Assembly (NCBI GenBank): GCA_964452145.1
Contig: CAYVLA010000069.1
Coordinates: forward strand, 1-16,398
Source of the DNA: Candidatus Hadarchaeota archaeon
GTDB lineage: Archaea > CAYQAE01 > CAYVLA01
Direction: 5' to 3'
Length of the DNA stretch: 16,398 nt
Numbering within the stretch: the stretch's first letter is position 1; each line of letters begins with the position of its first letter. A model generated the notes under the pieces. The model saw only the letters and a program-made list of their open reading frames with translations, did no database searches and was not told the origin of the DNA. The position numbers and the translations under genes were made by a program. Shown here in pieces: positions 1 to 8,466 of the stretch.

Positions 1-48
1 GGGCCCCTCTCCCGAACCTGATGGCAGCATCAAGGGTCCTCGAGGAGT

Positions 49-774
49 TCAGCCGAACTCCTTCATCGCCTGTTCCCTGACCTCAGGCGATACGGCCTCT
101 ACATTCACGATCTTGCCATCCTGGAGCGTAACGATCCTATCGGACAGCCTGGCAAGACGAGGATCGTGGGTTGTGACCACGAACGTCTGGTTCTCGGCCT
201 GGTTGAGTTCCTTCATCAGTGCCACGATCGACTTACCCGTTCTCGTGTCAAGGTTCCCGGTCGGCTCATCCGCGAGCACGATCGACGGGTTGTTCGAAAG
301 CGCCCTCGCAATGGCAACCCGCTGTTGTTCCCCTCCGCTAAGTTCGTTCGGTCGATGGTTCATCCTGTGTTCGAGGCCGACTCGCTTCAATAGCTCGCTG
401 GACCTCTCCCTTCTCTCCTCGTCGGGCTTGCCGACCAATTCCATGGGGAGCTCCACATTCTCGAGGGCCGTCAGCGCCGGGATCAGGTTGAAGAACTGGA
501 ATATGAACCCGATCTTCTTTCTCCTTATCAAGTAGCTGTCCTCAAAGTTCGCCGTTATGTCCTCTCCATCGACCATTACCCTGCCCTTGGAGCAGCGCCC
601 TATTCCCCCTATCATATTCAGCAGGGTTGTTTTGCCGCTGCCCGAGGGACCGATGAGACACACCATCTCCCCCCGCGCGATCTCGAGGTTGACATCGTTA
701 AGTGCATGAACTTCCACTTCCCCCAGCATATAGGTCTTCCAAAGGTTCTCTGCTTTCACCACGATGTCGGCCAA
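49..774 (-). CDS. ABC transporter ATP-binding protein, LolD/MacB/FtsE-like
   Basis: Walker A GPSGSGKT, GFIFQFFNL Q-loop, LSGGEQQRVAIARAL signature, Walker B IVLADEPTGNLD, H-loop TTHD. Start placed at TTG 774, 5 nt after GGAGGAG (780-786, - strand); ATG 810 lies inside the TATA-like box, and the track start at 957 is probably over-extended. Confidence 0.95.
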   Translation of the reverse strand: MADIVVKAENLWKTYMLGEVEVHALNDVNLEIARGEMVCLIGPSGSGKTTLLNMIGGIGRCSKGRVMVDGEDITANFEDSYLIRRKKIGFIFQFFNLIPALTALENVELPMELVGKPDEERRERSSELLKRVGLEHRMNHRPNELSGGEQQRVAIARALSNNPSIVLADEPTGNLDTRTGKSIVALMKELNQAENQTFVVTTHDPRLARLSDRIVTLQDGKIVNVEAVSPEVREQAMKEFG

Positions 775-807
775 CCGCACTCCTCCGAAGCGGACTAGGT
801 CTTTGGA

Positions 808-815
808 CATATAAA
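808..815 (-). promoter_or_regulatory. Putative archaeal TATA box for the ABC ATPase gene
   Basis: TTTATATG on the - strand, about 22 nt upstream of the SD at 780-786; AT-rich patch in a GC-rich background. Confidence 0.6.
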
Positions 816-950
816 TGAATTTGCGCCTGCCTCGGCGAGGCACTGGTACACCGGACTGCCGGGCACCCGGAAGAGAAGTCAGATTGTGCTTGGTTGAAGC
901 AGAAGGAGGATTCTGGCAAGTGCCCTGCGACTCTAATCCGAGCTGATCGG

Positions 951-996
951 AAAACATTAAAAGGCCTCGCAGAGCTTCTTCCAGCCAACTGGGAGG
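951..996 (+). promoter_or_regulatory. Putative TATA-like box and SD for the gene at 1007
   Basis: AAAACATTAAAA (951-962) and GGGAGG (991-996) ahead of ATG 1007. Confidence 0.45.
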
Positions 997-1006
997 ACAC
1001 TAAGAG

Positions 1007-1861
1007 ATGCCTGGACGAAAGATGCTCATCGGCGTTGTATTGCTGATAGTTCTGATCATCATGGGGATCTTCTTCACGCCACTGAAGTATAGCGTCCTTG
1101 GCATGAAGGGGAAGGTCGGATTTGTCGGGGCCCGCGTCGCCGCCAGCCTCGAGGACTCCTCAGATGTAGGGTTCATGAGGCTCAGGGATTACTTGAAAAA
1201 CCATGGCTACGAGGCCCACCAGATCGCCGCCCCCAGGGTCAGGCTCGCGGACCTGCAGATGTACGATGCGTGCATAATGTTCGCGCCTCAATCCGCCCTC
1301 GACCAAGAAGAGATAGACGCCATACATACCTACGTTCAGAACGGCGGTGGTTTCGTTATCTGTGGGTGGGGATGGCTTCGGGAACGCCTGTCCCACATCA
1401 ACAACATCACGGCGAGCTGGGGATTTCTGTACATGAACACGAGGTGCTACGAACCGGAACAGAGCTATACGGACTACGGCGTGTCGGTGAGCCAGTTCAC
1501 GGTGGCAGCCCTGGGACTGGTGGAAGGAAACCCCGTAGCCAGCAAGATAACCTATCCGTATGTGATCAGAAATGGGGCGACCATCGAGATAACCGATCCC
1601 GGCAAGATATCCAAGGCCATAACCCTGAAAGGCTACGCGTTCGGCGAGCACGTTGATTACCAGGATCTGAAGCCCAACGCCGAACACGGCGAGCCGGTGG
1701 GGGAGCAGGCCATCGTGATGGTGAATGGGGAGTTCGGAAGCGGCCGGGTTGTGGGGATGGCCGACTACGACATGTACATGAACAAGTGGATCTTCCAGTC
1801 AAAGCCGGCCGAGAATGCCAAGTCGATGGTCTTCGTTCTGGATTACCTCACCAAGCAGTAG
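1007..1861 (+). CDS. Membrane-anchored protein with class I GATase-like (DUF4350/GldG/GIFT-type) domain
   Basis: Basic N-terminus plus hydrophobic helix (MPGRKMLIGVVLLIVLIIMGIFF); pattern L..YD..I..AP...L..EE...I..YV.NGG.F and C-terminal GSGRVV..AD..M..N typical of this fold. Confidence 0.7.
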   Translation: MPGRKMLIGVVLLIVLIIMGIFFTPLKYSVLGMKGKVGFVGARVAASLEDSSDVGFMRLRDYLKNHGYEAHQIAAPRVRLADLQMYDACIMFAPQSALDQEEIDAIHTYVQNGGGFVICGWGWLRERLSHINNITASWGFLYMNTRCYEPEQSYTDYGVSVSQFTVAALGLVEGNPVASKITYPYVIRNGATIEITDPGKISKAITLKGYAFGEHVDYQDLKPNAEHGEPVGEQAIVMVNGEFGSGRVVGMADYDMYMNKWIFQSKPAENAKSMVFVLDYLTKQ

Positions 1862-1894
1862 GCGTCCTTCCAGCGCCAGGGAAGAGTCGCGGGC

Positions 1895-2482
1895 TTGTGC
1901 AACACTAGGTCATACTACGATAGAGCGGCAGGGGAACTGGAGCGGAAGAAGGTAGCCTGCGACCTGGATCGAGAGGAAACCGAGAGCATTCTCGGATCGA
2001 TGCCTCATGATGCGGGGTCCCTCCTCGATGTGGGTTGTGGAACGGGCCATCTCCTGGAAAGGGCTGCCTGTGCGCGCCGCATCGGAGTGGATTTCTCGAT
2101 CTCAATGCTGCGGCTTGCCAGAGGGAGGAGGTCCGAGTTGGTACTCGTGCTGGCCGATGGGCGGCGGCTGCCCTTCAAGCCCGCGACTTTCGCTGCTGTA
2201 ACCTGCCAGGATGCTATGGGGCATCTCGAGGATCCCTCGGCGATGGTCAGAGAGATGTTGCGGTGCATCGCCCCCCGAGGTAATGTCGTGGTGACGGTTG
2301 TCAAGACCAGCATCAAGTCGCGTCTTCTCTCAGCGTACTGCCGGCTTGCGATGGGTGTCTACGTGCGTTCCTTCACAAAGGAGGGTCTGGAAAAGATATT
2401 TGAGGCTTCTGGGGGCCGCGTTCTGAAAGACGAAGCCATCGGGGGTTCCACGATCAAGCTGGTTGCATGCCCCCGAGAGTGA
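1895..2482 (+). CDS. Class I SAM-dependent methyltransferase (Methyltransf_11-like)
   Basis: Motif I LLDVGCGTG, GVDFS, ADGRRLPF, HLEDP...REMLR...PRG; TTG start uncertain. Confidence 0.9.
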   Translation: MCNTRSYYDRAAGELERKKVACDLDREETESILGSMPHDAGSLLDVGCGTGHLLERAACARRIGVDFSISMLRLARGRRSELVLVLADGRRLPFKPATFAAVTCQDAMGHLEDPSAMVREMLRCIAPRGNVVVTVVKTSIKSRLLSAYCRLAMGVYVRSFTKEGLEKIFEASGGRVLKDEAIGGSTIKLVACPRE

Positions 2483-3126
2483 TTCTTGGGATTGCGTTGC
2501 CAGTAATACATGGCATCAACAGAAGGATCCCCAAGGGGATTGCCTTGCGTGAGGCCCATGAACTGAAAGAGGGATTCCTCACCCTCTGGAAGTTCAGGCT
2601 CTCGCCGAGGAAGGAGTTCATCGAGGACATGATCGTGCTGTACTACCCCTTCTACCTTGTGCCCTATCAGATCGGGTGGGGCAGGGCGCCCTTTGCCCCC
2701 GGGATGCTCGTCGACGCTCGATTCAGGGAGTTCTCGGTCCTGGCGGGAGTCCCGCCCCGCAGCAGGGTCGAGACGGAGGATCTGGTGATACAGCCCACCG
2801 TTGACGAAGACTCCGCGAAGAGGTTTGCTGAGACCAAGCTCAAGGAAGCCATGAAGAGGAAGCGTGCCAAGGAGATAGCCAAGCGAGGCAAGGACCTGAG
2901 CACGTACGACGTGAAGGACCTCGAGCTCATCTACTGGCCTTTCTGGGCCATCCGGACAAAGGACATGTGGGGGAATCATAGGTTCATCGGGGTCGATGCT
3001 GTGCTCAACTTCAGAGGCTACAACCAGGCGTTCACCAAGTTCTTCTCCGGCCCCCTCTTCTCCGCGATAAGCAGGAAGTTCGAGGAGGGCGTGCTGCATC
3101 ATGTCGGGACTCCTGCCTCAGGGTGA
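2479..3126 (+). CDS. Hypothetical protein with a twofold internal repeat
   Basis: GTGA overlap with the methyltransferase stop (GTG 2479; alternative ATG 2467). Fills the gap to topA, has G/C-ending codons and a repeated YxPF[YW]...VDA motif. Confidence 0.8.
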   Translation: MILGIALPVIHGINRRIPKGIALREAHELKEGFLTLWKFRLSPRKEFIEDMIVLYYPFYLVPYQIGWGRAPFAPGMLVDARFREFSVLAGVPPRSRVETEDLVIQPTVDEDSAKRFAETKLKEAMKRKRAKEIAKRGKDLSTYDVKDLELIYWPFWAIRTKDMWGNHRFIGVDAVLNFRGYNQAFTKFFSGPLFSAISRKFEEGVLHHVGTPASG

Positions 3127-3130
3127 ACAG

Positions 3131-5206
3131 GTGAAACAGGGGGCAACGCTCGTCATCGCGGAGAAGCCGAGCACGGCTAGGATCATTGCGAGGGCATTGG
3201 CTGCGATCGCGGGTGAGGACCCGAGGACGCAGAGACGCGGAGGCATAGCCTACTACGAGGTGTCGCTGGGGGAAGAGACCTGCATCGTCGCTCCTGCCGC
3301 CGGCCATCTCTATGGGATCGCCCAGAGGGGCTCGGGGTGGTCATACCCGGTCTTCGAAATCCAGTGGAAGCCCTCATGGCAGATCGGCAAGGCCAGCATG
3401 CATACGAGGAATTACCTGGAGAATTTCGAGGCCCTTGCCGGCAGGTGTACCTCCTTCGTCTCGGCCACCGACTATGATCGGGAAGGCTCTGTGATAGCCT
3501 ACAACATACTCAGACTGGCATGTGGGACCGAGAAGGCCCGGAGGATGAAGTTTTCGACCTTGACCATTCCGGACCTCATCGAATCCTATCAGAACGCGGC
3601 CGGGGAGTTGGATATGGGCCAGATCCAGGCCGGGCTTGCCCGTCACATCCTCGACTGGTACTGGGGGGTGAACATCACGCGGGCCCTCACCTTGGCGAAG
3701 AAAGCCTACTCGGGAGGCTTCGGCGTGCTATCCTCAGGGCGGGTTCAGGGACCCACCCTCAAGATCTTGGTCGACCGCGAGCGGGAGATAGCCAGATTCG
3801 TCCCGAGGAAGTTCTGGACCCTGGAACTGGCCTGCCGGCATGAGGGCACTGATTTCACGGCCAGATACGACCCCGAAAGGATCTGGGAGCAGGCTCAAGC
3901 CGAAGGGATCCTGGCGGACTGCCGGGGGGAGCCGGCTGTAGTCGCCAGCTCCAAGACAAGGATCGCTACAATACGGCCGCCTTCACCCTTTGACCTCACC
4001 TCACTCCAGATCGAGGCCTACCGCTATCTCGGCTTCACGCCCGCCAAGACGATGGACATCGCCCAGGCTCTCTACGAGGCCGCTCTGATCTCCTATCCCA
4101 GAACCAGCTCTCAGAAGATGCCTCCGACGATAGGCTACAGGCAGAGGATATCGCAGATCGCCGGCCAGGACGCGTATGCGGAGCTTTGCGACAGGCTCCT
4201 GTCCCAGGGACACCTCAAGCCGAGGGAGGGACCCAAGACCGATCCAGCCCATCCCGCGATCTTCCCCACGGGCAACATGCCCAGGCATCTAAGAACCGAC
4301 CAGGGCAAGCTCTACGACATGGTGTGCCGAAGGTTCCTGGCGACCTTCGCGCCTCCAGCCAAGCGGGAATCCAAGGATGTGCTTCTCGACGTTGCCGGCC
4401 ATCGGTTCCGATCATCCGGTCATAGAACCCTGGAGGCGAACTGGATCGATTTCTACAGGCCCTATGCTAGGTTTGACGAGACCACCCTTCCGCATCTGGA
4501 GGTCGGGGAAGAGGTCGAGGTCCTAGATCTGCGCGTAATCGAGGGGGCAACCCAGCCTCCTGCCCGGTACACGCAGGCCTCCATAGTGAAGGAGATGGAG
4601 AAGAGGGGCCTTGGAACGAAGGCAACTCGGGCCCTTATCGTTCAGACCCTCTACCAGCGGGGCTACGTCATGGGCAGAAGCATAGAGGTAACCGAGCTTG
4701 GCATTTCCGTTGTCGACACCTTGTCCAGATACTGTCCGGGCCTACTGTCCGAATCCCTAACCGCGAGGTTTGAGGCGGAAACCGAGAGGATAGAGCAGGG
4801 ACGAACGACGATTGACGCGGTGCTAGGGGAGGCCAGGTCGACCCTAACGGAGATCCTGGAGAGGTTCCAAGAGATGGAAGGCAGGATAGGGGAGGAGTTG
4901 GCCAAGGCTTCCACGCAGGCCGGGGCAAAGGCAAGGGAGATCGGCCCCTGCCCCAATTGCGGAGGGACCCTGAGGTTCATCACCTCGAGGAAGACCGGAA
5001 AGAGATTTATCGGCTGCTCGGGATACTCGGAGGGCTGCAGCTTCTCGGCTCCCGTCCCCCAGCTCGGGCGGCTCAGCGTGACCAGTAGGAAGTGCCAAGG
5101 GTGCGGTCAGCCCCTGATTAGCGTGTACAGGCCCAAGAGGAGGCCGTGGACCTTCTGCTTCAACATGGGTTGCCCGCTCAAGGAGCGCATCGAGGAGAGA
5201 GCTTGA
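3131..5206 (+). CDS. topA: DNA topoisomerase I (type IA, archaeal)
   Basis: TOPRIM IAEKPS and ATDYDREG, SGRVQGPTL, catalytic LISYPRT, GLGTKATR, two C-terminal Cys4 Zn ribbons. GTG 3131 follows GGGTGA (3121-3126); alternative ATG 3101. Confidence 0.97.
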   Translation: MKQGATLVIAEKPSTARIIARALAAIAGEDPRTQRRGGIAYYEVSLGEETCIVAPAAGHLYGIAQRGSGWSYPVFEIQWKPSWQIGKASMHTRNYLENFEALAGRCTSFVSATDYDREGSVIAYNILRLACGTEKARRMKFSTLTIPDLIESYQNAAGELDMGQIQAGLARHILDWYWGVNITRALTLAKKAYSGGFGVLSSGRVQGPTLKILVDREREIARFVPRKFWTLELACRHEGTDFTARYDPERIWEQAQAEGILADCRGEPAVVASSKTRIATIRPPSPFDLTSLQIEAYRYLGFTPAKTMDIAQALYEAALISYPRTSSQKMPPTIGYRQRISQIAGQDAYAELCDRLLSQGHLKPREGPKTDPAHPAIFPTGNMPRHLRTDQGKLYDMVCRRFLATFAPPAKRESKDVLLDVAGHRFRSSGHRTLEANWIDFYRPYARFDETTLPHLEVGEEVEVLDLRVIEGATQPPARYTQASIVKEMEKRGLGTKATRALIVQTLYQRGYVMGRSIEVTELGISVVDTLSRYCPGLLSESLTARFEAETERIEQGRTTIDAVLGEARSTLTEILERFQEMEGRIGEELAKASTQAGAKAREIGPCPNCGGTLRFITSRKTGKRFIGCSGYSEGCSFSAPVPQLGRLSVTSRKCQGCGQPLISVYRPKRRPWTFCFNMGCPLKERIEERA

Positions 5207-5463
5207 TGGTGAAGAACCAGAAGACGAGGAACAACAGACACGATCAGCCTCTGGACGTATTGTCCGAAATGGCCAACATGGACATTCTGATCAGGTTGGT
5301 GGATAGGACGGAGGTCATCGGAAGGTTGCTGGACTTCGACCAGTACATGAACCTCAAAATCAGCGTGAAGGGCGAAGAGTTGCTCATAAGGGGCAACAAC
5401 GTCGTCCTGATCGGCTCTGACTGGGAGCAGACAGGAGCCGGCGAAGCCGGTAGTCCGACATGA
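5206..5463 (+). CDS. Sm/Lsm-family RNA-binding protein (SmAP-like)
   Basis: N-terminal PLDVL helix, Sm1 motif GRLLDFDQYMNL, Sm2 motif LIRGNNVVLI; ATG 5206 overlaps the topA stop (TGATG). Confidence 0.88.
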   Translation: MVKNQKTRNNRHDQPLDVLSEMANMDILIRLVDRTEVIGRLLDFDQYMNLKISVKGEELLIRGNNVVLIGSDWEQTGAGEAGSPT

Positions 5464-6170
5464 TACGCGCCGTTTTCCTCGACCTCGATGATACGCTGTT
5501 CGACTACAAGGGTTATGTCTCCGGGTCGGAGGCCTATCTATACGAGATGGCGGCCGAGGCCCTCAAGATCCCTGTGAGGTCTTGCAGAGCTGCATACCTG
5601 AAGACAAGGCAGGATTTGTACAGATCAAAGCCCCTTGATCCGTCCATCTTTGACCTGCGCCAGAGGATCTCGGGTCTGCTGGGCAGGGTGGGGAGGAGGC
5701 ATGACGAGGCCCTTGCGGAGCGACTGTTCACCAGCTTCTCGGATCGTTTCCTTTCGATCATCCAGCCCTACCCAGATACAAGGCCGGCCTTGGAGGAGGT
5801 ACGGAAGCTGGGCCGGTCCGCGGCGATAGTGTCAAATGGTATCCGAGATCAGCAGACCTCCAAGGTCCGTAGCTTGGGCCTCGATGACCTCGTCGATGTC
5901 CAGGTCTACTCCGAGGACGTTGGTGTCAACAAGCCGGAGCCGGCGATCTTCCATCGCGCCCTTGACCAGCTCGGGGCATCCCCCGGGCAGTGCCTCATGG
6001 TGGGAGACATCTGTTCCGTCGACGTCAAGGGGGCTCGGAGAGCCGGAATCCATTCCTGTTGGCTTCGAAGGGGACCTTTCGCCCGGATGCACCCGAGGGA
6101 TGCAAGTGAGGCGCCGGACTTCACCATTACGGGGCTCGCTGAGATTCCGAGAATCGTCCTCAGCCTCTAG
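5460..6170 (+). CDS. HAD-superfamily hydrolase (subfamily IA, YjjG/YfnB-like)
   Basis: Motif I DLDDT, motif II SNG, motif III KPEP, motif IV GD...D; ATGA overlap with the Sm gene. Confidence 0.93.
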   Translation: MIRAVFLDLDDTLFDYKGYVSGSEAYLYEMAAEALKIPVRSCRAAYLKTRQDLYRSKPLDPSIFDLRQRISGLLGRVGRRHDEALAERLFTSFSDRFLSIIQPYPDTRPALEEVRKLGRSAAIVSNGIRDQQTSKVRSLGLDDLVDVQVYSEDVGVNKPEPAIFHRALDQLGASPGQCLMVGDICSVDVKGARRAGIHSCWLRRGPFARMHPRDASEAPDFTITGLAEIPRIVLSL

Positions 6171-6561
6171 AAGCCCCCCGACGGTTGCCTGTACGCCTGC
6201 CCTTGGTTCTGCGGGAAAGGCTGCCCCTGTGAACGACCAGTGAGAGCACAAAGCACAGGAACGAGAGAACCAGCAACCAGGTCGGATCAAGGTTCCTGAG
6301 ACGCCAGAAGAGCAACAGGAGGAAGATACCGGCTGAGGACAGTATCAGAGCGTAGTCGCTGACCAGAGTGAGAATGATGGCCCCGCTTCCCAGCAGACAT
6401 GCCGCGGTTATGAGGCTCAGAGCGAAATCCTCCACGCTTGATTGCGGGAAAAGGGCCATGAAGCCCATCATGAGAAGGGATAGGCTTGTGAGGGCTACGC
6501 CGACCAAGGAGGAACCCCAACCGCCCTCCATCGGCACTCCGGCCTCCGGCTGGCCTGTCAT
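6160..6561 (-). CDS. Hypothetical integral membrane protein (about 4 TM)
   Basis: Four hydrophobic stretches and a basic C-terminal tail; TTTAAA at 6585-6590 lies about 24 nt upstream of the ATG; converges on the HAD gene with an 11-bp overlap. Confidence 0.72.
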   Translation of the reverse strand: MTGQPEAGVPMEGGWGSSLVGVALTSLSLLMMGFMALFPQSSVEDFALSLITAACLLGSGAIILTLVSDYALILSSAGIFLLLLFWRLRNLDPTWLLVLSFLCFVLSLVVHRGSLSRRTKGRRTGNRRGASRG

Positions 6562-6584
6562 GCGACGTCCTCTCCGAGCCCTGC

Positions 6585-6590
6585 TTTAAA
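6585..6590 (-). promoter_or_regulatory. Putative TATA box for a leaderless or short-leader transcript
   Basis: TTTAAA about 24 nt upstream of ATG 6561. Confidence 0.5.
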
Positions 6591-7022
6591 CTGCTCTGGC
6601 TGGGCAGACGTCTGGCCGTTCGCCCTCGCTCGAGAAACGATCCCAGAGCTCCCAGAGAAACATCTCCATGGAAAGCTCATCCAACTACTAGCCACCGACC
6701 AGAAACGAAGATCCGAGCTAGGGCTCACAAGCATCATGCCCCCCTGGCCCCAAACCTGTCAGCCAAGTCACCACCCGCCATTCAGACCGGTCTGTCTAGA
6801 AGGACCTTATCCAACCCGGCCAAGACACCCTTCCCTACCAGAACCATCCCGTCCGGAACTCGCGATGACAAGAAAGATCTGGGCCCCATGCCTTTGGTCT
6901 GGCCTCTGGTCCCCAGTAAGACCCTTTTGACCTCCACGGCCAAGCTGGCATAAGCGCTCCCCCCGCTCACTCCACCACTTTTTCATAAGAGTTAATACGC
7001 GCTGGCTGAACATTCATCGGGT

Positions 7023-7217
7023 GTGGCCTTGGTCGATGATCACAGACACTGTCTCGGGTGCGGACGAGCCATCTCTAGGAATGAGCAGTTCTGCAGCCCG
7101 GAGTGCGAACAGACCTTTTTCGCCTCCGCCCAGAAGGAGAGGAGGCGCAATCTGGCGTTTCTTGTCATACTGGGCATGTTCCTTTCACTCATATTCATCG
7201 TCCAGCTCTTCTACTGA
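7023..7217 (+). CDS. DUF2116-like Zn-ribbon protein with C-terminal TM helix
   Basis: HRHCLGCG...FCSPEC, then a basic patch RRR and a hydrophobic helix; typical archaeal DUF2116 layout. Confidence 0.85.
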   Translation: MALVDDHRHCLGCGRAISRNEQFCSPECEQTFFASAQKERRRNLAFLVILGMFLSLIFIVQLFY

Positions 7218-8377
7218 TGAGGCAATCAAACGGAGAAGCATCGGGAATCCTGCGCGACGTACAGGACATATGCAGGCTGGGGCCGAGGCTCCCTGGATCC
7301 GAGGCAGAAAAGGCCTGCCATGATCTTGTATTGGACCGTCTGCAACGCTTGAACCACGGTGCCACCGAGGTCGACGGATTCGGCTTCAAGAACTGGACGC
7401 CGCTGCACCAACAGCTTCTCTCGTGGCCCGGGGATCTGGAGCTTCCCGTGACACAGCTGGGCTACTCTCCTTCAGGCTGCGTGGAGGGCGGTGTCGCCTG
7501 GTGCGGAGGAGGGACGAAGGAGGAGTGCCGCTCGGGGAAAGGGCTGATGGCTGTCTGCTCATCAACGTGGGAATCCTCTGCCGGGTTCCTGCACAGAATC
7601 GAGAAGTACAGGAACGCGTGCCAAGCCGGCTCCACTGCCTTCATCCTCCTGGGAGAACCCGGCCACCCAACCCCGATGGGAATCATTCGCAAGAGAACCC
7701 CAGGCACGATCCCGGCCGTGGCCATGAGCTATCTAGATGGAAGGAGGCTGCTGGATCTCGCAACGACCGAAGATGGGTTCCGCCTCAGGACCGAAAGTGC
7801 GATATCCCAGGGGTTGTCCATGAACACGGTGTGGAGGTCCGGGGGCAAACGTCCCGGGACAGCGCTCTGCGCGCATTGCGATAGCTGGAGCGAGGGCGCT
7901 TGGGACAACGCTTCGGGCGTGGCCACGCTGCTTCACCTGGCCGGGTGGCTTACCCGTCACCGACCCGTGAAACAGGTCGCCCTGTGCTTCACAGGGGCTG
8001 AGGAATATGGACTCTTCGGGTCCAGGGAGCTGTGTTCCCGACACAAGGATGAGTTCGCCGTTGCCATAAGCGTGGATGGCCTGGGTTTGGGCAGGGAAGT
8101 GCAGGTGCGGTGCAGCGATCGACGGCTTGCCTCACTGCCACCTCTCAGGGGGGTGTTCTCCGACCTGCCTCTGACCCCGTGGGGCGATCACTGGTCATTC
8201 TATCAGGCAGGCATTCCGACGCTGTTCTTGACCTCCGGTGGCGAAAACCCTGCTCAACATACGCAGGAAGATTCGGCCCAGCATCTCAAACAAACAGATT
8301 TAGAGTCCTCTTTTAACCTGCTTTGCAAAATAGTGGCCTATCTGGACTCCTTATCCTGCGAAAGCCTCGGAGAATGA
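7217..8377 (+). CDS. M28-family zinc peptidase with PA domain
   Basis: AHCDS, GAWDNASG, GAEEYGLFGS, SVDG, GDHWSF, HTQED motifs; PA-like insert ending in TIPAVAMSYLDG; ATG 7217 overlaps the upstream stop (TGATG); no signal peptide seen. Confidence 0.9.
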   Translation: MRQSNGEASGILRDVQDICRLGPRLPGSEAEKACHDLVLDRLQRLNHGATEVDGFGFKNWTPLHQQLLSWPGDLELPVTQLGYSPSGCVEGGVAWCGGGTKEECRSGKGLMAVCSSTWESSAGFLHRIEKYRNACQAGSTAFILLGEPGHPTPMGIIRKRTPGTIPAVAMSYLDGRRLLDLATTEDGFRLRTESAISQGLSMNTVWRSGGKRPGTALCAHCDSWSEGAWDNASGVATLLHLAGWLTRHRPVKQVALCFTGAEEYGLFGSRELCSRHKDEFAVAISVDGLGLGREVQVRCSDRRLASLPPLRGVFSDLPLTPWGDHWSFYQAGIPTLFLTSGGENPAQHTQEDSAQHLKQTDLESSFNLLCKIVAYLDSLSCESLGE

Positions 8378-8402
8378 CGTTTCGACCCAAAAAGGGTCTC
8401 TG

Positions 8403-8417
8403 CAAAACATTTATATA
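8403..8417 (+). promoter_or_regulatory. BRE/TATA promoter of the symporter gene
   Basis: A-rich CAAAACA followed by TTTATATA (8410-8417), the best TATA consensus in the window; SD GAGGTG at 8462-8467. Confidence 0.7.
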
Positions 8418-8466
8418 CAAAACGCCGGACGGCCCCCCCATTCTACTAGCGGTTACTATCTGAGGT

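Noticed and set aside
1..33. Possible start of a downstream - strand gene (ATG at 30, MLPSGSGEGP, after GAGGA)
   Set aside because: Only 10 codons are visible; no product evidence.
828..870. Hairpins TGCCTC-GGC-GAGGCA (828-842) and CCGGG-CA-CCCGG (859-870) as an ncRNA or terminator
   Set aside because: Short GC-rich stems with no U-tract and no recognisable RNA family signature.
1859..1897. The TAG stop of the 1007 gene is in frame with the methyltransferase with no intervening stop (possible amber or pyrrolysine readthrough fusion)
   Set aside because: One-in-three chance of being in frame over a short gap; it would fuse a probably exported domain to a cytoplasmic enzyme; no pyl genes in the window.
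6562..7022. SRP RNA, RNase P RNA, C/D box sRNA or CRISPR array in the large gap
   Set aside because: No GAGGAAAGUCC, SRP helix-8 motif, paired C/D boxes or regularly spaced repeats found on either strand.
8384..8398. GACCC-AAAAA-GGGTC inverted repeat after the peptidase stop
   Set aside because: Only a 5-bp stem; cannot distinguish terminator, operator or chance.
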